A stretch of 64,000 bases of DNA from an uncultured delta proteobacterium (GTDB lineage: Bacteria > Desulfobacterota > Syntrophia > Syntrophales > UBA2185), in NCBI GenBank assembly GCA_963729715.1, contig CAVSPA010000007.1, positions 128,001-192,000 of the forward strand. The letters are read 5' to 3'. The translations under genes and the position numbers were made by a program. Below, piece by piece: positions 49,906 through 59,091 of the stretch. The notes under the pieces are model-generated. The model worked only from the letters and a program-made list of their open reading frames with translations. It searched no databases and had not been told where the DNA came from. How positions within the stretch are numbered: the first letter of the stretch is position 1; each line of letters opens with the position of its first letter.

Positions 49906-51366
49906 ATGGCACGAAAGATAACGATAGACCCGATAACCAGGCTTGAAGGACACGGCAAGATAGAGTTGCTTCTCGATGATCAGGGGAACGTAAAGGATGC
50001 CTACTGGCAGGTGGCCGAGTTGCGCGGGTTTGAGCGCTTCTGTCTCGGCAGACCCGCGGAAGAAATGCCGAGGATCGTGCCCAACATATGCGGAGTGTGT
50101 CCTTCGGCGCACCACATGGCCGCCACCAAGGCCCTCGACGACCTCTACAGTGTCGAGCCCACACCGGCGGCAAGACTGATCAGGGAACTCGAATTCAACG
50201 CCTTCTATATCGAGGACCACTACATCCACTTCTTCTTCCTCGCGGCGCCCGATTTCGTCGTCGGCCCGCACGCCGACCCGAAAGAGCGAAACATCCTCGG
50301 CGTTATCGGCAAGGTGGGCAAGGAAATAGGACTCAAGGTAATTGAAGTGAGAAAGAGAAACCGGGACATCATCCGGCACATCTTCACCAAGGCGCCGCAC
50401 CCAGAAGGCGGGCTGCCCGGCGGCGTACCGAGGGGATTTACCGAGCAGGACAGGAAATGGGTCAAGGACACCGCCGTCTTTTCTCTCGACTTCGCCAAGT
50501 TCGCGATCCAGCTCTTCAAGGACGTAGTTCTCAAGAATAAGTCCTACGTGGATCTCATCCTGAACGATGCCTATAAGCTCAAGACTTACTACATGGCCCT
50601 TGTGGATGAAAACGACAAGTCAGTCTTTTATGACGGGCAAGTCAAGGTCATCGATCCTGAAGGCAAAGAATACGTGAGATTCCACCCCCGCGACTACGAT
50701 CAGTATATCGGTGAATGGGTGGAGCCGTGGACATACATCAGGCTCAACCACTTAAGACAGCTTGGCTGGCATGGGCTCAAGGAAGGCAACGGCACATCGC
50801 TGTACCGCGTCGCACCGCTCGCCAGGCTCAACGTAGCCGCCGCCATGCAGACCCCGCTTGCGCAGAAAGAAGCGGAGATCATGTTCGATACTCTGGGAGG
50901 CAAGCCCGCCCATCATACGCTCGCCACGCACTGGGCGCGGCTCATCTGCGCGCTTCAGGCTGCGGAAAATAATGTGCTCATCGCGGATGAACCTCTGCTT
51001 ACCAGCAAGGATATCAGAAACATGAACCTCAAGCTCAAAAACAAGGGCGTGGGCTGTGTGGAGGCGCCGCGTGGAACCCTTTTTCATCATTATGAGACGG
51101 ATGACGAAGGCATACTGACGAAGGTCAACCTCATCGTGGCTACGCAGAATAATGCCGCCCCCATCTGCCTGTCTGTAAAGAAGGCCGCCCAGGAATTCGT
51201 CCATGGGCCGGATGTGAAGGAAGGTTTCCTGAACATGGTAGAGATGGCATTTCGGGCCTATGATCCCTGTCTCTCCTGCGCGACACACTCTCTGCCCGGC
51301 ACGATGCCGCTCCAAGTTAAGATCAGGGATCACGCGGGCAGAGTGATAAGGGAAATAAGCCGCTGA
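49906..51366 (+). CDS. mvhA: [NiFe]-hydrogenase large subunit, group 3c (MvhA type)
   Basis: TRLEGH, ELRGFERFC, ICGVC, EAPRGTLFHHY, AFRAYDPCLSCATH plus a cleavable C-terminal extension. Confidence 0.9.
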   Translation: MARKITIDPITRLEGHGKIELLLDDQGNVKDAYWQVAELRGFERFCLGRPAEEMPRIVPNICGVCPSAHHMAATKALDDLYSVEPTPAARLIRELEFNAFYIEDHYIHFFFLAAPDFVVGPHADPKERNILGVIGKVGKEIGLKVIEVRKRNRDIIRHIFTKAPHPEGGLPGGVPRGFTEQDRKWVKDTAVFSLDFAKFAIQLFKDVVLKNKSYVDLILNDAYKLKTYYMALVDENDKSVFYDGQVKVIDPEGKEYVRFHPRDYDQYIGEWVEPWTYIRLNHLRQLGWHGLKEGNGTSLYRVAPLARLNVAAAMQTPLAQKEAEIMFDTLGGKPAHHTLATHWARLICALQAAENNVLIADEPLLTSKDIRNMNLKLKNKGVGCVEAPRGTLFHHYETDDEGILTKVNLIVATQNNAAPICLSVKKAAQEFVHGPDVKEGFLNMVEMAFRAYDPCLSCATHSLPGTMPLQVKIRDHAGRVIREISR

Positions 51367-51438
51367 TAGATGGCAGGCTTGGAAGAATGTATATGTCATC
51401 CCTTCACGAAGAAGGGACGTCGGAGGATGGAATTAACA

Positions 51439-51924
51439 ATGAAGACGCTTATCCTCGGCATGGGCAATCCCATACTGTCGGATGACGGTGTGGGGTTGGT
51501 CCTTGCGGAAAGGCTCCGGAATAAAATTCACGGGGCGGATGTCGCAGCAAGCGCCATCATCGGCCTTTCCCTCTTCGATTTAATCATGGGCTACGATACT
51601 CTCTTCATCATTGATGCAATGACCACGAAAGAAGGACAAGTGGGAGGACTCAAGAAGATCGGCGCGGATGACCGCTGCGGCACGCTGCATCTCTTTTCTT
51701 CACACGGCTTCAATATCTTTGATCTTATGGAACTCGGCCTGCAATGCGGTTTTGAGATGCCCTGTCTTGCCGCTGTCTACGGTGTCGAAATAGGTAGTGA
51801 GGTAGCCTTCGATGAGAGTCTTTCGCAGGGGCTCCATGAAAAAATTCCCGCCATAGCCGCAGAGCTTATCGATGATATGACGGCAATCCAGCGATCACTA
51901 TCCGCCGCTGCGGCGACCAGTTGA
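51439..51924 (+). CDS. Hydrogenase maturation protease
   Basis: LGMGNPILSDDGVG, IIDA, SSHG. Start 51427 or 51439. Confidence 0.9.
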   Translation: MKTLILGMGNPILSDDGVGLVLAERLRNKIHGADVAASAIIGLSLFDLIMGYDTLFIIDAMTTKEGQVGGLKKIGADDRCGTLHLFSSHGFNIFDLMELGLQCGFEMPCLAAVYGVEIGSEVAFDESLSQGLHEKIPAIAAELIDDMTAIQRSLSAAAATS

Positions 51925-52094
51925 TCCTGTGTATCGTAAATTTCTCCCTCGCGAGATAGCAAGATTTCTCACGCCTTCCTATGAATTGATTAGGATTAAG
52001 ACTTCGATTATTCCCTGGATCTCACGGCATGCGGTGGCGCAGTCTCCCTTGCAGCGCCTGCAGCAGGCGATTGATTGAGGAGTTCTCCATACAC

Positions 52095-52127
52095 AAAGAG
52101 CGGTGTTCGAGAAAGCACCGCTCTCTT
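52095..52127. repeat. Hairpin; inverted copy of the hairpin at 53047-53080
   Basis: AGAGCGGTGTT-N7-GCACCGCTCT. Confidence 0.6.
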
Positions 52128-52132
52128 GGTTA

Positions 52133-52152
52133 TTGAATTCGGTAGCGAGCGC
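52133..52152 (-). repeat. Right end only of the TTGAA miniature element, inverted
   Basis: TTGAATTCGGTAGCGAGCGC is the reverse complement of GCGCTCGCTACCGAATTCAA. Confidence 0.6.
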
Positions 52153-52253
52153 CGCCTATTGGGAACGTTGTTATTTGTAATGTATTTTCCTGATGGAAGG
52201 TGAGAGATCTTATGATGGGGAGATGGGGACGTCCCCATCTCTTTTCCTGCGCC

Positions 52254-52823
52254 TTAGAGGACACTGATGACGGGCTCTGGTTTTGGCGTCAACGTTTCCT
52301 CGTTGGCAAAATCACAAAACGCGAGATCCGTCACCGGACTTCCGAAATGAGAAAATTCCTTCTTCAGCATATCGATAAACATCTTGACGGTTATCGAAAA
52401 GCAAAAGCAGGAGGAATAATCGTAGGATTTGGTGTGTCTGGAAACATCAATGATTATGGCCTTCAGGAGTTGCCTCGAGAGCACATCACTGTTGTGATTC
52501 ATGATGAGCCCGATCATGCTGAGGGCCATCACTTTTATATGATAGCTGATCGCTCCTCCCCTTTCCTTTCTGTAATCCGGATGATCAACAAGATATGCCC
52601 TGCCTTCCAGAAAGGTTATATTGGGGGAAACATCATGGAGAGATTTCCTTTTATAACAGCTATCAAACACAGGCAGGAGAGGTGAATAGACGGCCTTTCC
52701 ATATCCGCCGAAGCCGGAAATGTCAATCCCTGCATGATAGTGCCGATACTTGAGGTATCTTTCCTCCATTTTATTGCGGCTGTCATTTTGCAAGTTTGCC
52801 GCTATTATCTTTTGTTGCATCAT
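52254..52823 (-). CDS. Hypothetical protein
   Basis: Open frame, with ATG at 52823 after AGGTGG. A hairpin (GAGATGGGGAC/GTCCCCATCTC) follows the stop. Confidence 0.5.
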   Translation of the reverse strand: MMQQKIIAANLQNDSRNKMEERYLKYRHYHAGIDISGFGGYGKAVYSPLLPVFDSCYKRKSLHDVSPNITFLEGRAYLVDHPDYRKERGGAISYHIKVMALSMIGLIMNHNSDVLSRQLLKAIIIDVSRHTKSYDYSSCFCFSITVKMFIDMLKKEFSHFGSPVTDLAFCDFANEETLTPKPEPVISVL

Positions 52824-53046
52824 ACCACCTGCAGGATATTCGACGATACGTGGCCGGCATCGTGAGTCACCAGTATAGAGACCGTTTGTTGCAGTCCAAT
52901 CCATTCTTCTCGCGTTTTGCGCACGCATTTCCTGCAACGCGCGCAAGCCGCCGGTACGCTTTTTAAAGAGAGGGAATAATTGCTGATGCTGAAATGGCCT
53001 CTTTGTGAGGACCTCAATCAGATGCTTATCAGGTAAATCTTCCCAA

Positions 53047-53080
53047 AAGAGAGCGGTGCAAGAAGAAACACCGCTCTCTT
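53047..53080 (-). terminator. Intrinsic terminator of the CoA-transferase operon
   Basis: AAGAGAGCGGTG...CACCGCTCTCTT stem 30 bp past the stop codon. Confidence 0.65.
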
Positions 53081-53110
53081 ACGTTATTATATGTTTTGCC
53101 TTCTCTACAA

Positions 53111-53878
53111 CTATCCGAGGTAGAAACCGGTCGGGTCAATGCCTCTGAGCACCTTGACCTCCTGGTCCGTCGGCGAAGTAGTTTCGGCCACCTTAGGCGA
53201 TACCTTGAGATCCCATGCGCAGTTGGCCTTGATTCTGTCCACCGACTGGCCGGGGAAGTACTCCGCCAGGTACATCTCCTTCGTTTTTTGATCGAACCTG
53301 TAGACACCCATGGTGCTGACCACACAGTCCGGTCCCCCACCGATCATCCCGCACTTCTCGCGTTCGCCGGGGCCGCCCAGGTAGCCGGGCGTCGTAATAT
53401 AGTCCACTTTATCGACGAACTTCTTGGCGTCCTGGGGCATGATGGCAAGGACCCTTTTGCCCGACGTAGCCATGTCGTTTGCTCCCCCGCTTCCGGCAAA
53501 GTAGGTCCAGCTTTCCTTCTTGGCCCAGTTTCCTACACCTGACGAATTGATGTTCCCGTATTTGTCGATCTGAGCGCCGCCGATGAAGGCAACGTCACAC
53601 TCGCCGCGCTGCAGCGCGGCCATAGTGGCCAGCATGCCGAACGTCTGATCGGCCCCGGTGAAAAGAGCCGGGTCATCAACGGTGATCCCCAGGGCCAAAG
53701 GAGCCGTCGCCCGAATAGCGCCGCCCTCGGTGAACATGATCATGTTGGGAGCGTGGGTCGCCATTGCATATGCCGCCACAACGATCGGCAGGCCTACTCC
53801 TACGAAGACGACCTCCCCGTCTTTAATTTCCTTGGCGCAACGGATTGTCATAAGTTCTGTTAGTTTATAGTCAGCCAT
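53111..53878 (-). CDS. CoA-transferase beta subunit (GctB/CatJ-like)
   Basis: VFVGVGLP, catalytic FTEGG, FIGGAQIDKYGNIN, GSGGAND. Confidence 0.88.
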   Translation of the reverse strand: MADYKLTELMTIRCAKEIKDGEVVFVGVGLPIVVAAYAMATHAPNMIMFTEGGAIRATAPLALGITVDDPALFTGADQTFGMLATMAALQRGECDVAFIGGAQIDKYGNINSSGVGNWAKKESWTYFAGSGGANDMATSGKRVLAIMPQDAKKFVDKVDYITTPGYLGGPGEREKCGMIGGGPDCVVSTMGVYRFDQKTKEMYLAEYFPGQSVDRIKANCAWDLKVSPKVAETTSPTDQEVKVLRGIDPTGFYLG

Positions 53879-53880
53879 AG

Positions 53881-54915
53881 TTACTTCCCCCCTTTCTTAG
53901 CGGCAAGTGCCTCTTCGTAAGCCTTCAGCCGGTCATCAGTATACATCGGCACACCCTTCCAGACCGCCGGATCATGGTAACCATAGTCGACACCCAGTTT
54001 TGGGCTCGGCTTAAAACCGAGAACGGGTTTCAAACGGTCCAGTCCTGCCTGGCCAAATTTCGATTTATATTTTTCGATGTAAGCGGCATGGTCTTTACAA
54101 CCGTATACCCACTCATCTAAGAATTTAGGAAGCAGTTCTGCGTGCCGCTCATATCTGCCCTGATACTGGCTGAAGCGAATATCCAGACCATAGTAGCCGC
54201 GGCAAGCCGAAGGATGGGCGCCATACGGACAGTGGACGACGGCCAGGGTCTTGAAGTAGGGTACAATCACGCGGTCAGGATCGCTTCTGACCACTTCGGG
54301 CTCCACAATCTCCTCGGCCGTAACGATTACGCCTCGCTTTGATCCCATGGCGCCAAACTCGTCGGTGACGCCGCGTGATCCATAGGAGACTACATTGCCG
54401 AGACGATCGGCCTTCTGTGCGTGGATTATTGCCACGTCGGCACGCCATGCGCGCACAACGGTGATCTTCTCGCCGGTGAACGGATCTTCAATGACCTTGA
54501 GATCCGTTGTGTTGAATTTAAGCATATCCGTGCCGATATTCCCCCGGATAGGCATGAAGGGAATGCCGAGAAAACCTGACATCATGGCGGTCGTAGCTCC
54601 GAAGTTGGAGATGTCATACCTCTTGAGCTTGCCTTCATTGAAGGCCCTGCGAATGGCATAGGGGGCCTTCACGTACCAGTTCATGATCCAGGCAGTGTGA
54701 ATCTCCGAAACACACCCGGCACCCACCATGATATCCAGCCCCCCCACGTCCGTCGAGGATTCGATGGTGGTGAGGTTCTTCTTCTTCTGTCTGATGATTT
54801 CGTGAGTCAGGGCCATGGGGACCATGATCTGGAAGCCCCCATAGTAAATAGTATCGCCGTCCTTGATGAACTTTGATACTGCATCCTTGAGCGTCATCCT
54901 TTTGTCGAGATCCAT
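53881..54915 (-). CDS. CoA-transferase alpha subunit (GctA/CatI-like)
   Basis: PMALTHEIIRQ, GIPFMP, DPFTG, DVAIIHAQKADRLGN, PYGAHPS. Confidence 0.88.
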   Translation of the reverse strand: MDLDKRMTLKDAVSKFIKDGDTIYYGGFQIMVPMALTHEIIRQKKKNLTTIESSTDVGGLDIMVGAGCVSEIHTAWIMNWYVKAPYAIRRAFNEGKLKRYDISNFGATTAMMSGFLGIPFMPIRGNIGTDMLKFNTTDLKVIEDPFTGEKITVVRAWRADVAIIHAQKADRLGNVVSYGSRGVTDEFGAMGSKRGVIVTAEEIVEPEVVRSDPDRVIVPYFKTLAVVHCPYGAHPSACRGYYGLDIRFSQYQGRYERHAELLPKFLDEWVYGCKDHAAYIEKYKSKFGQAGLDRLKPVLGFKPSPKLGVDYGYHDPAVWKGVPMYTDDRLKAYEEALAAKKGGK

Positions 54916-54966
54916 GTAATCCTCCTTTGTAATTAGTAATAGAGATGAATTAATAATGCCAACAAT

Positions 54967-55207
54967 TCACGGAAAGCAGCTCATACCTCCTTCCTCGGGC
55001 TTCACAAACCCCCGCTCAATGCGTCTCTCATAACATTGACGGCATAGAATAATAGACGCGGATATTTCCACAACCAGTGCCATAGAGCTTAAGAGAAAAC
55101 TGCATTCAGGACAACTCTGCAGCATGCACCTCTCGCACAACCTGAAGCTCACCTCAGGCTGGCCGCATTCATCGCAGTCACGGGGAAAGATGGGAATAGT
55201 TCTTCAT
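54967..55207 (-). pseudogene. Four-CxxC zinc-binding protein with a 1-nt frameshift after the start codon
   Basis: One frame carries CDEC, CERC, CPEC and CRQC. The ATG at 55207 is out of frame by one base (241 bp span). Confidence 0.5.
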
Positions 55208-55360
55208 TCCGTGAGCTTTTTCTCTTTTTTTAAAGTAAGTAATGGTGTAGCAACAAGGTAAAGTGGGCAGTAGAATAACCAGATTAAGGTCGAGAAATAG
55301 AGCACCTCGCACGCCAGATTTATCCGGTTTTCGAAAGACCCCCTATCAATAGAGGGGTTC

Positions 55361-55400
55361 TCTCTACCAAAAGTTGATCCGTTATGTCAACTATTTTCTG
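55361..55400 (-). promoter_or_regulatory. Sigma70-type promoter with CAGAAAAT upstream element
   Basis: Minus strand CAGAAAATAG-TTGACA-18 nt-TAGAGA, TG-extended. Confidence 0.5.
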
Positions 55401-55714
55401 AGCCCGGGAAGAAATTTCTTTATAAGAATTTTTTCTGAACAGGGCTTAATAATGGGCATATATTGCAGCTGTTACAGCGATATTTCTCGCGGGGTACATG
55501 CAAGAGAAGCAACTCGATAACGCGCTTGCCCAAAGCGTCGGATCAAATCGATGTCACCTTACATAGCGGCAATAGCGGTCAAATATATTTCAGATATTAG
55601 GGGAATATGATCGAGCAGGCAGAGGGTAGGGGATAGGATTGATGGAGCTGCGTCTCTGGCTTATGAAGATCAAGCACTCGCTGCAAGCCGCAAGATCCAC
55701 AACTCATCGCCTTG

Positions 55715-55936
55715 CTAAATAGTGTTTTTCTCGCTGAGCCAGGGTCTCGTATTGTCGAGGAGATAATCTGCGACGTTTTCATATATGCAGTCCCGGCAGA
55801 TATGGACAAGCAACATGCTCTTGATTTGCCGGAATATCAGGAGTACATCTGTGTCCTTATGACAGACAAAACATCGGCCCGGCATGTCTTCTTCGTGAAA
55901 CTGGTAATCTCTTGCGTCGTCGTATTTTGTTGGCAT
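55715..55936 (-). CDS. Small zinc-ribbon-like hypothetical protein
   Basis: CFVC...HICRDC, 73 aa. Confidence 0.6.
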   Translation of the reverse strand: MPTKYDDARDYQFHEEDMPGRCFVCHKDTDVLLIFRQIKSMLLVHICRDCIYENVADYLLDNTRPWLSEKNTI

Positions 55937-55987
55937 GTTGTTAGTTGTATAATGCTCTTTAGAAATAAGAAAACTTCTCGAGGCGCT

Positions 55988-57118
55988 TCATGATAGAGCC
56001 TCAGGAAGTTTCTCCACCCTCGGATGGGGGACGGGGAATTTCAATATACATGTTGTGCCTTCACCTTCTTTCGATGTGGCCCTTATTTCCCCGCCATGGG
56101 AATCCATGATCTTCTTACAAAAAGTCAATCCGAGACCAGACCCTTTGTGGCGTTCTTCCTTGCCCCCTGCTCTGAAAAACGGCTCAAAGATAAAGGGGAG
56201 CTTGTCCTCGGGAATGCCAATTCCTGTATCCGAAATGTCCACAATAACATAGTACTCATCGTTCCGGGCAGAAACAGATATTTTGCCGCCATCCTGCGTA
56301 TATTTTGTTGCATTGCCTATGATATTGATGAATACCCTGACCAAACTTTCCTCATCACCGACAATTTGGAATAAATTCTCCGGAACATTTACCTCAAATG
56401 TAATTCCTCTTTCGTTACAAATAGGCATCATTTCCTCGGCGCTGCGGAAAATTACGTCTGATAACCTCAAGGGCTCTTTCTTTTGTGCAAAGGTACCGTT
56501 TTCTATCCGGCTGAGATCCAGCCAGTGTTCAATCAATTCTTCAAGCTTCTGGACGCGAGCGCTGCATCTCTCAATAAGGTCCGAGACGTCTTTATCGAAG
56601 CGATCACCTGTGACCGCTTTCAGAGATTCCATGCATTGTCTGATGACGACCAGAGGGGAACGCATTTCGTGGCTCACGAACGTAATGAAATGCCTCTCCA
56701 TCCGCTCCTTTTCTTCCCTTAATACTCTTGTCTCTATCCTGAGGTTGCGGTGCTCAAGACCTCGTCTGGCCACAGCCCTCAACTGGTCAGGACTGAACGG
56801 TTTCGGGAGATAGTCGTAGGCCCCTTTCTGTATGGCTTCTACGGCAGAGACTATGGTTGCATAGCCGGTAATCATGATAAGAATGACGTCAGGTATATCC
56901 CTGGAGAGGATCTCAATTATTTCCATGCCCGATATACCCGGCATTTTAAGATCCACAAAGGCTATGTACGGTTTATTCTCCCTCGCGATCTTGATGCCTT
57001 CGACCCCTTCCCCCGCAGTCAAGACGGCATACCCCGACCTTTCCAGCGTCTGCCTGCATCCATCCCGCAGGGATTCCTCATCATCGATGATCAAAATGAG
57101 AGGTTTCTGAGCATTCAT
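55988..57118 (-). CDS. Hybrid receiver-histidine kinase (REC-HisKA-HATPase)
   Basis: IIDDE, VDLKMPG, SHEMRSPL, NATKYT, DTGIG, GSGLGL. Confidence 0.92.
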   Translation of the reverse strand: MNAQKPLILIIDDEESLRDGCRQTLERSGYAVLTAGEGVEGIKIARENKPYIAFVDLKMPGISGMEIIEILSRDIPDVILIMITGYATIVSAVEAIQKGAYDYLPKPFSPDQLRAVARRGLEHRNLRIETRVLREEKERMERHFITFVSHEMRSPLVVIRQCMESLKAVTGDRFDKDVSDLIERCSARVQKLEELIEHWLDLSRIENGTFAQKKEPLRLSDVIFRSAEEMMPICNERGITFEVNVPENLFQIVGDEESLVRVFINIIGNATKYTQDGGKISVSARNDEYYVIVDISDTGIGIPEDKLPFIFEPFFRAGGKEERHKGSGLGLTFCKKIMDSHGGEIRATSKEGEGTTCILKFPVPHPRVEKLPEALS

Positions 57119-57126
57119 TTTGCTAA

Positions 57127-57513
57127 TTACTTGCCCAGCGCCTGGGCAATATATCCAAGGAGGTCATCAGCCTTGACCGGTTTATGCAGTACCTTGTTCA
57201 CCTTGGGAAACTCGGCCGGCGGTTCGAACGACTGGTACGGGCCCTGCAAGTCCACAGCGCTCAACATGAATAGCGGCGTATCCTTCCCGGTATCTGTGGC
57301 ACGGATTTTTTTCAGTACTGAGAAGCCTTCACCCCATGTCTCCATCATCATATCGATAATGGCAAGGTCTGGGGTCACGGATTTCCACATCTCAACTCCG
57401 CTCTTGCCGTCTTCTGCTAAGAACACCTCGTACCCGCCCTTTTCAAGAATCAGTTTGGTGGCGAATAGAAAATCTTTGTCATCGTCTATCAAGAGAATCT
57501 TTTTCTTTGTCAT
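57127..57513 (-). CDS. Single-domain response regulator
   Basis: LIDDD, IDMMM, LSA, KPV. Confidence 0.9.
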   Translation of the reverse strand: MTKKKILLIDDDKDFLFATKLILEKGGYEVFLAEDGKSGVEMWKSVTPDLAIIDMMMETWGEGFSVLKKIRATDTGKDTPLFMLSAVDLQGPYQSFEPPAEFPKVNKVLHKPVKADDLLGYIAQALGK

Positions 57514-57552
57514 CGTTCATTACCTCCATTCTTGATTTTTGTAATTAATATG

Positions 57553-57568
57553 AGCAAGGATGATGCCA
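57553..57568 (-). promoter_or_regulatory. Sigma54 (-24/-12) promoter
   Basis: Minus strand TGGCAT-CATCC-TTGCT. Confidence 0.8.
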
Positions 57569-57573
57569 GATTG

Positions 57574-57586
57574 TAACTTATTGATT
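57574..57586 (-). promoter_or_regulatory. IHF binding site
   Basis: AATCAATAAGTTA matches WATCAANNNNTTR and lies between the UAS and the sigma54 box. Confidence 0.65.
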
Positions 57587-57631
57587 TATAAAGAAGAAAT
57601 ATGGAGAGTAGTAGGAAAGGCGGACATTTGA

Positions 57632-57667
57632 GGGGCGAAACTCCCCCTCCCTGAGGCGGATAACCCC
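57632..57667 (-). promoter_or_regulatory. Tandem enhancer (UAS) sites, GGGG-N7-CCCC type
   Basis: GGGGCGAAACTCCCC (57632) and GAGGCGGATAACCCC (57653), 21 bp apart and 63 bp from the sigma54 box. Confidence 0.6.
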
Positions 57668-57684
57668 TTGCGGCAATGTTTTTT

Positions 57685-59040
57685 CTAACGATGCTCCATC
57701 TTTATACCGTAATTGCGCATTTTTATCCGGAGAGTCTTCCTGTCAATACCGAGGAATTTTGCCGTCTTGTTGATCTGGAAGTGAAAGTGGTTGAGGGCCT
57801 TTAGTATGTGTTCCTTTTCCACATCTATCAGAGTCATCCTGCCGGTGGAAGAATCCACCACAGGGGCTTTTGCGTGATCTTCCTGACCATAGTAAAATAT
57901 ATCAGACAGGTTAACGACCTCATGGTCGCACAGCACACACAGACGCTCGACGATGTTCTTTAGTTCCCGGATATTACCGGGCCATCTGTATGATACGAGC
58001 GACTTCTTCGCCTCTTCCGAAAATGATCGCACCTTGCTTTCGTACTTCGTTATGAATATATTAAGGTAATGGTGGGCTATGGGGAGGATGTCGGCTTTAT
58101 GTTCTCTCAGTGGTTTTATGGGGAGAGGCACGACGGAAAGCCTGTAAAATAGATCCTCCCTGAACCTCCCCGCTTCGATTTCTGCGCGGATATCCTTATT
58201 CGTTGCAGCAATCAGCCTGACATCTATCCGTTCCGGTGACGATCTGCCAACCTTGGGCACCTCCTGTTCCTGAATTACCCTAAGCAGTTTCGCTTGGATG
58301 TTGAGGTTGATGTTGGAAATCTCGTCAAGAAATAATGTTCCCTTATCTGCCATCTGGAAACGGCCCTCACGCGACTCCGTAGCGCCGCTGAATGCCCCTT
58401 TGACATGTCCGAATAATTCACTCTCCATGAGGGTCTCTACCAGAGAGGAACAATCGACGGGAATGAAGGGTTGATTGGCTCTCTTGCTGAGATTGTGGAT
58501 GGTGCGCGCCACAAGTTCTTTTCCCGTACCGCTTTCTCCTGTGATGAGGACGGTACTGTCGGTTTGTGCTATCCGGTTGATGGATTCCTTAAGCTCTTTC
58601 ATATAGTCGCTCGTGCCGAATAGCAGGGACAGTCTCTTATCCGCATTGCCCTCGTCCCGCTTGAGGGCATCCTCGACAACGCGATTCAGATCGGCTGCGG
58701 AATAGGGCTTCGTCAGGAAATTGAAGGCGCCCTGCCTCATTGCCTCAACGGCAATGGAGATGCTGCCATAGCCGGTGATAACAATGATTCTTGCGGAGAT
58801 GTTTCTTTCGACTTTCAGCTTTGCGAGAATCTCCAGTCCATCCATCTTGGGCATCCGGATATCCAACAGGATCACATCATAGATATCCTTGAGGGCCATC
58901 TCAAGCCCCCGAGGCGCATCTCCCGTGCATGCCACCTGGTACCCCTTGCGCGACAGCACTTGTGTGCACGCATCCCGCATGGATTCCTCGTCATCAATAA
59001 TCAGAATCTTCTTATTTTTCGAAGTCACTGTTTCCGTCAC
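57685..59040 (-). CDS. Sigma54-dependent NtrC-family response regulator
   Basis: REC domain, [46 protein letters not shown], Fis HTH. Confidence 0.95.
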   Translation of the reverse strand: MTETVTSKNKKILIIDDEESMRDACTQVLSRKGYQVACTGDAPRGLEMALKDIYDVILLDIRMPKMDGLEILAKLKVERNISARIIVITGYGSISIAVEAMRQGAFNFLTKPYSAADLNRVVEDALKRDEGNADKRLSLLFGTSDYMKELKESINRIAQTDSTVLITGESGTGKELVARTIHNLSKRANQPFIPVDCSSLVETLMESELFGHVKGAFSGATESREGRFQMADKGTLFLDEISNINLNIQAKLLRVIQEQEVPKVGRSSPERIDVRLIAATNKDIRAEIEAGRFREDLFYRLSVVPLPIKPLREHKADILPIAHHYLNIFITKYESKVRSFSEEAKKSLVSYRWPGNIRELKNIVERLCVLCDHEVVNLSDIFYYGQEDHAKAPVVDSSTGRMTLIDVEKEHILKALNHFHFQINKTAKFLGIDRKTLRIKMRNYGIKMEHR

Positions 59041-59091
59041 CCTTCTTATTTTATAGAATTAACTGTAAAACACATCTTCGTCCATGCCACT

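Noticed and set aside
52200..52685. 161-aa plus-strand ORF
   Set aside because: Its codons look like the reverse complement of the minus-strand ORF, which has the better RBS and a downstream hairpin. Not fully excluded.
58370..58410. GAFSGA instead of GAFTGA in the sigma54 activator as a sign of inactivity
   Set aside because: Conservative variant. All other AAA+ motifs are intact and matching sigma54 promoters are nearby.
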